Assembly (NCBI GenBank): GCA_964423555.1
Contig: CAYRFM010000136.1
Coordinates: forward strand, 1 to 14,838
Direction: 5' to 3'
Length of the DNA: 14,838 nucleotides
Origin: an uncultured Holophagae bacterium
GTDB taxonomy: Bacteria > Acidobacteriota > Holophagae > Acanthopleuribacterales > Acanthopleuribacteraceae
Positions within the stretch are counted from its first letter, which is position 1. Every line of letters starts with the position of its first letter. Under the pieces are notes generated by a model, which had not been told where the DNA came from, searched no databases, and worked only from the letters and a program-made list of their open reading frames with translations. This document shows positions 6,665 through 14,569 of this stretch, piece after piece. A program made the translations under genes and the position numbers.

Positions 6665-9106
6665 ATGGGTTTTTTCGAAGCATTTAGCGGTGTTGTCATC
6701 GCCATCGTCGTCCTTGGTCTGCTGGCGATTTTCACCCTGGCCATCAGGCTCTATCGGCGCGTACCCCAGGGCATGGCCCTGATCCGCAACAGTCCCGGCG
6801 GCGCCCACGTCTCCTTTCACGGCGCCCTAGTCCTGCCCTTCATCCACAAGGCCGAGATCATGGACATCACCGTCAAACGCATCGAGATCGCCCGTGCCGG
6901 CTCCGACGGCCTGATCTGTAAGGACAACCTCCGCGCCGACATCAAGGTCGCCTTCTTCGTGCGGGTCAACAAGACCGCCGACGACGTGCGCAGCGTCGCC
7001 GATATCCTCGGCGTCGACCGTGCCTCCGACCAGAACGCCCTGATCGGCCACTTCGACGCCAAGTTCTCCGAGGCCCTCAAGACCGTCGGCAAGCGCTTCA
7101 ACTTCGTCGAGCTCTACGAGGCACGCGACCACTTCAAGCGCGAGGTCACCGGCGTCATCGGCGAGGATCTGGACGGCTATCGCCTGATCGACTGCGCCAT
7201 CGACTACCTGGAGCAGACCGAAATCACCAACCTCAATCCGGACAATATCCTCGACGCCGAGGGCATCAAAAAGATCACCGAGCTGACCTCGACCCAAAAG
7301 ATCCTCGCCAACCAAATCGACCGCGACCGCGAGAAGACGATCAAGCGTCAGAACGTCGAGGCCGAGGAAGCCGTGCTGGAGTTGGACCGCCAACTGACCG
7401 AGAAGCAGGAGCGTCAGAAGCGCGAGGTCGCCGCCGTCAAGGCCCGTGAGGCCGCCGAGGCCCACAAGATCCAGCAGGAAGAGCGCCTCAAGGCCGAGGG
7501 CGCCCGCATCCGCACCGAGGAAGAGCTGTCGGTGGCCGAGCAGAACAAGCAGCGCCAGGTGATTGTCGCCGAGAAGAACAAGCAGCGCACCGAGGCGATC
7601 GAGAACGAGCGCATCATCAAGGACCAGCAGCTCGAACAGACCGAGCGCGAGCGGGTCGTCGATCTGGCCCGCATCGAAAAAGAGCGCGCCATCGAGTCCG
7701 AGCGCAAGAACATCCAGGACGTCATTCGCGAGAGGGTGGCCGTCGAGAAGACCGTCGTCGAGGAAGAAGAGAAGATCAAGGACACACGCGCCGTCGCCGA
7801 AGCCGAGCGCACCAAGAAGGTCACCGTCGTCGCCGCCGAGCGTGACGCGGAAGAGTCCCGCGTCAAGCTCGTCGTCAAGGCCCGTGCGGAAAAAGAGTCC
7901 GCCGAACAGCTGGCCCTCCAGAAAGTGATCGAGGCCGAAGCCGACCAGAAGGCCGCCGACAAGAGCGCCGAGGCCCGCAAGTTGCTGGCCGAGGCCGCCG
8001 CCGCCGAAGCCGCCGCGACGGGCCTGGCCGAGGTCAAGGTCGCCGCCGCCCGCGCCGAGGCCAAGGAACGCGAGGGTAGCGCGCAGGCCTTCGTGATCGA
8101 GAAAGTCGCCCTTGCCCAGGCCCAGGCCGCCGCCGCCAAGGCCGGCGCGCTGCGCACCGAGGGTGCCGCCGAGGCCGAGGTCATCGAGAAGAAAGCGCTC
8201 GCCGCCGCCAAGGCCGAGCAGGCCCAAGGCGCCGCCGAGGCCGAGGTCATCGAGAAGAAGGCGCTCGCCGCCGCCAAGGCCGAGCAGGCCCAAGGCTCCG
8301 CCGAGGCCGAGGTCATCGAGAAGAAAGCGCTCGCCGCCGCCAAGGCCGATGAGGCCCAGGGCAGTGCCGCCGCCGTCGTCATCGAGAAGAAGGCCCAGGC
8401 CGAGGCCAAAGGCATCGAGCTCAAGGCCGGCGCCCGCCGCACCGAAGGCGGTCTCGAGGCCGAAGTCCTCGAACAGAAAGCCCTCGCCCAGGCCCGCGCC
8501 GAGGAAGCCGCCGCCGCCGCCCTCGAGAAGACCGGCAGCGCCGAAGCCAACAACCTGCTCAAGAAGTTCCAAGCCGACGCCCAGGGCATCCGCGACAAGG
8601 CCGAGGCCATGAAGCTGTTCGACCCCTCCGGCCGTGCCCACGAGGAGTTCAAGCTGGTCACCGAACGGGACCGCCAACTGGCCCTGGCCCAGATCGAGAT
8701 GCAGAAGAGCATCGCCGCCGCCCAGGCCGAGGTTCTCTCCGCCGGCCTGCAATCGGCCAAGATCGAGATCATCGGCGGCGAGTCGATGTTCCTCGACAAG
8801 CTGCTCGGCTCCGTCACCCAGGCCAAGTCCGTCGACCACCTCGTCGGTGGCTCGAAGGTCCTCAACGACGTCAAGAACACCTTCTTCAACGGCGACCCCG
8901 CCTACTTCAAAAGCCAGCTCCACACCTTCATCGACCAGTTCGGTCTGGACAGCGAGGACATCAAGAACCTCAGCATCTCGGCCGCGATCCACAAGATGAT
9001 GAATGCCACCGCCGACGACCGCGCCCGCGGCGTGCTCTCCTCGATCCTCGGTTGGGCCGAGAAACTGGGGCTGGACGCCACCAAACTCGACGACTTCCGC
9101 AAGTGA
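6665..9106 (+). CDS. yqiK: SPFH/band-7 flotillin-like protein (YqiK/FloT-like), 814 aa, with an unusually long Ala/Glu-rich coiled coil containing tandem repeats
   Basis: N-terminal TM helix (VVIAIVVLGLLAIFTLAI), then an SPFH domain (ALVLPFIHKAEIMDITVKRIEIARAGSDGLICKDNLRADIKVAFFVRVNK...). A ~450-aa EA-rich helical region follows, then a flotillin C-terminal region. ATG at 6665 has GGAG 9 nt upstream. The six-frame track starts at TTG 6659. Confidence 0.85.
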   Translation: MGFFEAFSGVVIAIVVLGLLAIFTLAIRLYRRVPQGMALIRNSPGGAHVSFHGALVLPFIHKAEIMDITVKRIEIARAGSDGLICKDNLRADIKVAFFVRVNKTADDVRSVADILGVDRASDQNALIGHFDAKFSEALKTVGKRFNFVELYEARDHFKREVTGVIGEDLDGYRLIDCAIDYLEQTEITNLNPDNILDAEGIKKITELTSTQKILANQIDRDREKTIKRQNVEAEEAVLELDRQLTEKQERQKREVAAVKAREAAEAHKIQQEERLKAEGARIRTEEELSVAEQNKQRQVIVAEKNKQRTEAIENERIIKDQQLEQTERERVVDLARIEKERAIESERKNIQDVIRERVAVEKTVVEEEEKIKDTRAVAEAERTKKVTVVAAERDAEESRVKLVVKARAEKESAEQLALQKVIEAEADQKAADKSAEARKLLAEAAAAEAAATGLAEVKVAAARAEAKEREGSAQAFVIEKVALAQAQAAAAKAGALRTEGAAEAEVIEKKALAAAKAEQAQGAAEAEVIEKKALAAAKAEQAQGSAEAEVIEKKALAAAKADEAQGSAAAVVIEKKAQAEAKGIELKAGARRTEGGLEAEVLEQKALAQARAEEAAAAALEKTGSAEANNLLKKFQADAQGIRDKAEAMKLFDPSGRAHEEFKLVTERDRQLALAQIEMQKSIAAAQAEVLSAGLQSAKIEIIGGESMFLDKLLGSVTQAKSVDHLVGGSKVLNDVKNTFFNGDPAYFKSQLHTFIDQFGLDSEDIKNLSISAAIHKMMNATADDRARGVLSSILGWAEKLGLDATKLDDFRK
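8165..8420 (+). repeat. Intragenic 66-bp (22-aa) tandem repeats: three near-identical copies plus degenerate flanking copies
   Basis: GCCGCCGAGGCCGAGGTCATCGAGAAGAAAGCGCTCGCCGCCGCCAAGGCCGAGCAGGCCCAAGGC repeats at 8165-8230, 8231-8296 and 8297-8362 with 2-4 mismatches. It encodes AAEAEVIEKKALAAAKAEQAQG. Degenerate copies extend to ~8530. Confidence 0.85.
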
Positions 9107-9112
9107 CCGCCC

Positions 9113-9139
9113 GCGCGGGTGAGTGCCGCTCACCCGCGC
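9113..9139 (+). promoter_or_regulatory. Perfect GC-rich hairpin between the flotillin gene and the giant ATPase gene (possible terminator, attenuator or processing site)
   Basis: GCGCGGGTGAG-TGCCG-CTCACCCGCGC: an 11-bp perfect stem with a 5-nt loop, starting 7 nt after the flotillin stop. No U-tract follows. The downstream gene has its own GAGGG RBS at 9162-9166. Confidence 0.4.
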
Positions 9140-9173
9140 CGCGTCCCACGATCCTAACTGCGAGGGTGTCAGC

Positions 9174-12100
9174 ATGTCCGATCAGAACCCGGCGCCTGAG
9201 GGCGCCGCAGAAGGAACCCAGGTCCGCCTCGAGAGCGGCACCTACGAAGTCATCCGCGGCCGCCTGCAGGCCCAGGCCAACGAGCTCCAGAGCCGCCTCG
9301 ACGGGCTCAACCTCGTGCGCAAACAGACGTTCGGGGCCATCGAGACCCGCCTCACCGGCACCCAGCGCGTGCTCACCGCCAACAACTGCATCCCCCAGGA
9401 CATGTACGCCATCGGCGACTGCTTCCTGTTCGGCTACAACGTCCACCTGGGCCTGCGCACCGACCTCCAGCTCGAGGACGTCTTCGCCGTCTATGCCTAC
9501 GCCGACGGCCAGTTTCAGGCCCGCGACCTGAGCCTGATCCAGGACCCCGAGTTCGAAAAGGACTTCAAGAACCTCTACAAGTACTACAAGAACACCAGTT
9601 TCATCAAATTCGCCATCATCGGCCCGCACCTCTTCATGCAGTTCCAGATCGGCCGCGCCGTCACCGATTTCAAGACCTTCAAGTGGCTGATCGGCGACAG
9701 CGGCCTGACCTACCTGGACAGCCGCTCCGACCACGAGTTCAAAGTCCCGCCCCAGCACGACTTCGAGTGGTCCCGCGTGCGCCGCGACTGGTTCCGCATG
9801 GGCGCTCACCCCCACGTCTCGATCGAGGACCGCGTCTTCGTCGAAACCATCGGCGGCGACCTGACCATCAAGGTCGAGGACAACACCACCAGCGGCAGCG
9901 GCATCTACGCCGAACCCGTCGACCACCCCGATCAAACCCTCGACGACAGCGAGATCTACTACGCCGCCGTCGGCCACGTCATCCTTCTGAAGATCCTGCC
10001 CTACCAGGAGAAAAAGTACCGCTACTTCGTCTACAACGAGAAGCTTCAGGAGGCGCTGAGAGTCGACCCCATCGGTGAGAGCTGCGTCTTCTTGCCCGAC
10101 GGCCACGGCCTGATCTTCCCCCGCGGCTACTATCTCCAGACCGGCATGCTCAAGCTCTTCGAGGCCCAGGTCGCCGGCCTGGCTTTCGAAAAGCGCCTGA
10201 CCTCGCCCAATGGCGAGGACTTCCTCTACATCTTCTATAACCGCGAGAGCGGCGTCTATGTCCTGCTCAGTTACAACCTGATCCAGCAAAAGGTCGAGAG
10301 CCCGATCGTCTGTAACGGCTACAGCTTCTTCGCCGATGGCACCCTGATCTACTTCCGGGCCGAGGAGCAGCCCGGCAAGCACCATTCGGTCCAAATTTGG
10401 CAAACCCCATACACCCGCGAGGGCTTCGACCTCGGCCAGCAGCATAACTCGCCCATCGCCCGCATCGGCAACAAGGACATCGTCCGCGCCATGGCCGAGT
10501 GCGGCGAGGTCCTGACCCTGGTGCGCAAGGAGGACAGCTACGCCAACCTCTACGTCGACATCGCCCGCAAGTGCACCGACATCGTCGACAGCTACTTCTG
10601 GCTGCGCGAGGAGGCCACCGCCGACCTCCACGCCGCGCTCGGCGCCATCGCCGCCGCCGCCCGCTCCGCCATCGACGAATTTGACAAAGTCAGCCGCATC
10701 AAAAAGACCACCCGCGAGGAGATCGAGCGCGTCGCCGCCGCCGCGGCCGCCCTGTTCAAGCAGATCGCCCGCACGCCCCTGCGCCAGGTCGACGAGTTCG
10801 TCGCCAGCCTGACCAAACTGCGCAGCCTGCGCGGCGAGGCCATCTCCTGCCGCGAGCGCCGCTACGCCGACAGCGCCCGCATCGACGCCCTCGAGACGCA
10901 GATCCGCGAACACGCCGAACAACTCTCCAGCGCCTGCGTCGCCTTCCTGCTCCGCGACGAGGCCCTCGCCCCCTACCAGAGCCGCCAGCTCCGACTCGAG
11001 CAGCAACTGGCCGAGGTCCGCACCGTCGCCGCCGCCCGTGCCCTCGAGCAGGAGCTGGACGGCTCCAGCCGCGAGCTCGAGCTGCTGATCGAGATCGTCT
11101 CCAACCTCAAGATCGACGACGCCACCCAGACGACCCGCATTATCGACGCCGTCAGCGCCATCTTCGCCGAGCTCAACCGCCTCAAGGCCGCCCTCAAGAA
11201 CCGCGTCCTCGAGTTGGCCCGCAGCGAGGGCGTGGCCGAGTTCAACGCCCAGCTCAAACTGCTCGCCCAGTCCGTCACCAACTACCTGGACGTCTGCGAT
11301 AGCCCCGACAAATGCGAGTCCTATCTGACGAAACTGACCGTCCAGGTCGAGGAGCTGGAGGGCCGTTTCAGCGAGTTTGACGAGTTCATCAACCAGCTCG
11401 TCGAGAAGCGCGAAGAGATCTACAACGCCTTTGAAGCCAAGCGCCTGGCTCTGGTCGAGGCGCGCAACAAGAAGGCCGCCGCGCTGTTCTCCGCCGCCGA
11501 GCGCATCCTTGCCGGCATCCGCAACCGCGCCGCCAAGTTCGACCAGGTCGCCGAGATCAACGGCTACTTCGCCGGCGACCTGATGGTCGAAAAACTGCGC
11601 AACCTCATTGATCAGCTCGTCGCCCTGGAGGACACCGTCAAGGCCGACGACCTCCAGGCCCGCCTCAAGACCATCCGCGAAGAAACCGTCCGCCAGCTCA
11701 AAGACCGCCAAGAATTGTTCGACGGCGGCACCAACCTGATCCGCTTCGGCAACCACGCCTTCAGCGTCAATACCCAGGCCCTGGCCCTGACCATGGTCGT
11801 GCGCGATGGCCAGCAGTGCTACCACCTGGCCGGCACCGACTTCTTCGAACCCGTCGCCGACCCCGCCTTCCTCGAGACCCGCGCCGTCTGGGACCAGGAA
11901 CTCGTCAGCGAGACCGCGACCGTCTACCGCGCCGAGTTCCTGGCCTGGCGCCTGCTGCAAACACTCGACCAGGGCGACCCCCACCAGCTGCTCTGTGCGA
12001 GCGCCGAGGAGCTGCCCGAGCGGGTGCGCCTGTTCGCCGGACCCCGCTACGCCGAGGGCTACACCAAGGGCGTCCACGACGGCGATGCCGCCCTGCTGCT

Positions 12101-14549
12101 CGCCAACTTGCTCGAGCTGCGCCGCGGCCTCGGCCTGCTGGCCTGGCCCAGCCGCGCCCGCGCCCTGGCGGCGCTCTATTGGCACCGCTTCTGCCCCGAG
12201 CCCCTGCGACTGCACTGGCGCGCCACCTGCGCCGGCCTAGCCACTTTGTTCGAGTTCTATCCCAGCGCCAGCGCTTCAGCCCGTCATGTCGCCGAGATCG
12301 CCGAGCAGCTGCGCGCCTTCGTCGCCGCCACCGCCCTGTTCGCGCCCGAGCTCGTCGACGACGCCGCCGCCGCACTGTTCAACCAGCTCCAGCAGGGTGA
12401 CGGCTTCGCCATCGCCGTCGAGGCCAGCGAGCTCTACCGCGGCTTCGCCTCGCAGATCGCCCATCGCGGCTTCCAGGAGCGCCTGCAGGCCGCCCTGCGC
12501 GAACTGGAGCGGGAGCCCGCCCGCGCCTTCCAGCTGACCCGCGAGTGGGTCCGCGCTTACCGCGAGCACGAGACCAAGATCGACGCCCAGTTCGAGGACG
12601 AGGCCGCCGTGCTCTACCTCACCGACAGCTGGGCCGCCACCAGAGTCGGCAGCCTGACCTGCGCGCGCCTGCTCGAGGGCTTCAAGGGCAGCCACGCCGT
12701 CCTCGACCAGGGCCGCTACCAGCTCGACTTTTACAGCTTCCGCACACGCTTGGCCACCTACGACCGCGAGCTGGTCCCGCGCTTCGAGCACTACACCGCC
12801 CAAAAGAAGCGCCTGCTCGAGGAAAGCGCCCGCACCATGCGCCTTGACGAGTTCAAGCCCAAGGTCCTGACCAGCTTCGTGCGCAACCAGCTGCTCGACA
12901 AGGTCTACCTGCCCCTGATCGGCGACAACCTGGCCAAGCAGATCGGTGCCGCCGGCGCCGGCACGCGCACTGACCGCATGGGCATGTTGCTGCTGATCTC
13001 ACCGCCCGGCTACGGCAAGACGACCCTGATGGAGTACATCGCCAACCGTCTCGGCCTGATCTTCATGAAGATCAACGGCCCGGCCCTGGGCCACGAGGTC
13101 ACCTCCCTCGACCCCGCCGCCGCGCCCCATGCCGCCGCCCGCGAGGAGCTCCACAAGCTCAGCCTTAGCTTCGAGATGGGCGACAACGTCATGATCTACG
13201 TCGACGACATCCAGCACTGCAACCCCGAGTTCCTGCAAAAGTTCATCTCACTCTGCGACGCCCAGCGCAAGATCGAGGGCGTCTACAAGGGCCGCACCCG
13301 CACCTACGACTTCCGCGGTCGCAAGGTCGCCGTCGTCATGGCCGGCAACCCCTACACCGAGAGCGGTGCCAAGTTCCGCATCCCCGACATGCTCGCCAAC
13401 CGCGCCGACACCTATAACCTGGGCGACATCATCGGCGACAACGCCGAGAGCTTCGAGCTCTCCTACATCGAGAACGCCCTGACCTCGAACCCCGTCCTCA
13501 ACAAGTTGGCCGCGCGCAGCACCAAGGACGTCCTGACCCTGGCCCAGGCGGCCCGCAGCGGTAGCCGCGACGGCCTCGAGCTGGAGGGCAACTACGGCGC
13601 CGAGGAACTGGCCGAGTTCACCGCCGTGCTGCAGAAGCTGTTCCGGGTCCGCGACGTCATTTTGCAGGTCAACCTGGCCTACATCAAGAGCGCCGCCATG
13701 GAGGACGCCTACCGCACCGAACCGGCCTTCAAGCTCCAGGGCAGTTACCGCAACATGAACAAGATCGCCGAGAAGGTGTTGCCGATCATGAACGAGGCCG
13801 AACTCGAAGGCCTGATCCGCACCCACTATGAGAACGAGGCCCAAACGCTGACCAGCGGCGCCGAGGCCAACCTGCTCAAGTTCCGCGAGCTGTGCGGCAC
13901 CCTGAAAGGCGCGGAGGCCGAGCGCTGGCAAGAGATCAAACGCAGCTTCGCCGGGCGCCAGCGCCTGCAGGGCATCGACACCAGCGATAAGCTCGGCCAG
14001 GCCGTGGCCCAGCTGCAGGCCTTCGCCAACGGCCTGGACGCCATCAAAGAGCTGCTGGCCAAGGGCATCGACCAGCAGTACAAGCTGGCCAAATGGGAGG
14101 CCAAGCAAAAGACCGAACCCCGCGACCCGACGGCACCCCAGCACACCCACACGACCCTGGCCCCCGAGACTCTGACCCGCCTGGCCGCGCTGCTGGAACC
14201 GCTCAGCCAGAACCTGGCCCAGGCCCTGGCCCAAGCGACCAAGGCACCGCTGATCGTGCCAGCCGCCGCGCCGGCGCCGGTTCCAGCGCCAGCACCACAG
14301 CAGAGTCAAACCGAAGAAGCGCTAGGCAAATACCTGGCCGCCCGCGACAAGGAGCAGCAGTACCTATTGAAACTGCTGCGCCAGCAATTCGAGGTCATGC
14401 AGCATTGGCTGAAGCCGACCTACGAAACGACCAAGGCCCACGACGCCACCATGGACAGCCTGACCAGTGCCGTCAACAACCTGATGGCGACCCACGGCAG
14501 CCTGCTCAACTACCTCCAACAATTCGAAGGCAAACGCCCCCGCACCTAA
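9174..14549 (+). CDS. Giant (~1,790 aa) multidomain protein: N-terminal beta-rich domain, long helical/coiled-coil middle, C-terminal AAA+ ATPase domain of the AAA_5 (MoxR/CbbQ/dynein-related) type, and a helical tail after a Pro/Ala linker
   Basis: Preferred start is ATG 9174 (MSDQNP), with GAGGG 7 nt upstream. The six-frame ORF starts at GTG 9123, inside the hairpin. Walker A LLLISPPGYGKTTLMEY at ~13000-13030. Walker B NVMIYVDDIQH at ~13190-13215. Sensor-1 VAVVMAGNPYTESG. A MLANRADTYNL motif resembles the ALLDRF motif of AAA_5. The first ~450 aa are aromatic and beta-rich (YAIGDCFLFGYNVHLG, FLYIFYNRESGVYVLLSYNL, SFFADGTLIYF). Residues ~480-1250 are helical, Ala/Leu/Glu/Arg-rich. A PAAAPAPVPAPAPQQ linker precedes the last ~80 aa. 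Confidence 0.8.
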   Translation: MSDQNPAPEGAAEGTQVRLESGTYEVIRGRLQAQANELQSRLDGLNLVRKQTFGAIETRLTGTQRVLTANNCIPQDMYAIGDCFLFGYNVHLGLRTDLQLEDVFAVYAYADGQFQARDLSLIQDPEFEKDFKNLYKYYKNTSFIKFAIIGPHLFMQFQIGRAVTDFKTFKWLIGDSGLTYLDSRSDHEFKVPPQHDFEWSRVRRDWFRMGAHPHVSIEDRVFVETIGGDLTIKVEDNTTSGSGIYAEPVDHPDQTLDDSEIYYAAVGHVILLKILPYQEKKYRYFVYNEKLQEALRVDPIGESCVFLPDGHGLIFPRGYYLQTGMLKLFEAQVAGLAFEKRLTSPNGEDFLYIFYNRESGVYVLLSYNLIQQKVESPIVCNGYSFFADGTLIYFRAEEQPGKHHSVQIWQTPYTREGFDLGQQHNSPIARIGNKDIVRAMAECGEVLTLVRKEDSYANLYVDIARKCTDIVDSYFWLREEATADLHAALGAIAAAARSAIDEFDKVSRIKKTTREEIERVAAAAAALFKQIARTPLRQVDEFVASLTKLRSLRGEAISCRERRYADSARIDALETQIREHAEQLSSACVAFLLRDEALAPYQSRQLRLEQQLAEVRTVAAARALEQELDGSSRELELLIEIVSNLKIDDATQTTRIIDAVSAIFAELNRLKAALKNRVLELARSEGVAEFNAQLKLLAQSVTNYLDVCDSPDKCESYLTKLTVQVEELEGRFSEFDEFINQLVEKREEIYNAFEAKRLALVEARNKKAAALFSAAERILAGIRNRAAKFDQVAEINGYFAGDLMVEKLRNLIDQLVALEDTVKADDLQARLKTIREETVRQLKDRQELFDGGTNLIRFGNHAFSVNTQALALTMVVRDGQQCYHLAGTDFFEPVADPAFLETRAVWDQELVSETATVYRAEFLAWRLLQTLDQGDPHQLLCASAEELPERVRLFAGPRYAEGYTKGVHDGDAALLLANLLELRRGLGLLAWPSRARALAALYWHRFCPEPLRLHWRATCAGLATLFEFYPSASASARHVAEIAEQLRAFVAATALFAPELVDDAAAALFNQLQQGDGFAIAVEASELYRGFASQIAHRGFQERLQAALRELEREPARAFQLTREWVRAYREHETKIDAQFEDEAAVLYLTDSWAATRVGSLTCARLLEGFKGSHAVLDQGRYQLDFYSFRTRLATYDRELVPRFEHYTAQKKRLLEESARTMRLDEFKPKVLTSFVRNQLLDKVYLPLIGDNLAKQIGAAGAGTRTDRMGMLLLISPPGYGKTTLMEYIANRLGLIFMKINGPALGHEVTSLDPAAAPHAAAREELHKLSLSFEMGDNVMIYVDDIQHCNPEFLQKFISLCDAQRKIEGVYKGRTRTYDFRGRKVAVVMAGNPYTESGAKFRIPDMLANRADTYNLGDIIGDNAESFELSYIENALTSNPVLNKLAARSTKDVLTLAQAARSGSRDGLELEGNYGAEELAEFTAVLQKLFRVRDVILQVNLAYIKSAAMEDAYRTEPAFKLQGSYRNMNKIAEKVLPIMNEAELEGLIRTHYENEAQTLTSGAEANLLKFRELCGTLKGAEAERWQEIKRSFAGRQRLQGIDTSDKLGQAVAQLQAFANGLDAIKELLAKGIDQQYKLAKWEAKQKTEPRDPTAPQHTHTTLAPETLTRLAALLEPLSQNLAQALAQATKAPLIVPAAAPAPVPAPAPQQSQTEEALGKYLAARDKEQQYLLKLLRQQFEVMQHWLKPTYETTKAHDATMDSLTSAVNNLMATHGSLLNYLQQFEGKRPRT

Positions 14550-14569
14550 AGGCACCTGGTAAAAAGGAA

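Noticed and set aside
6827-9175. 782-aa minus-strand ORF, rich in Gly/Leu/Asp/Ala, antisense to the flotillin gene
   Set aside because: A shadow ORF typical of high-GC DNA. It is low-complexity, with no start context and no domain signal, whereas the sense-strand SPFH gene has clear motifs, an RBS and operon context.
8970-12215. 1,081-aa minus-strand ORF antisense to the 5' half of the giant gene
   Set aside because: Same reasoning. The composition is Gly/Ala/Leu/Val/Asp low-complexity, a reflection of codon bias on the opposite strand. The + strand frame carries recognisable AAA+ motifs further on and has a proper RBS.
13248-14309. 353-aa minus-strand ORF and the 236-aa + ORF 14093..14803
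   Set aside because: The minus ORF is antisense to the AAA+ region of the giant gene. The + ORF is an out-of-frame, Pro/Arg-rich read that continues through the 76-bp tandem repeats. Neither is a credible gene.
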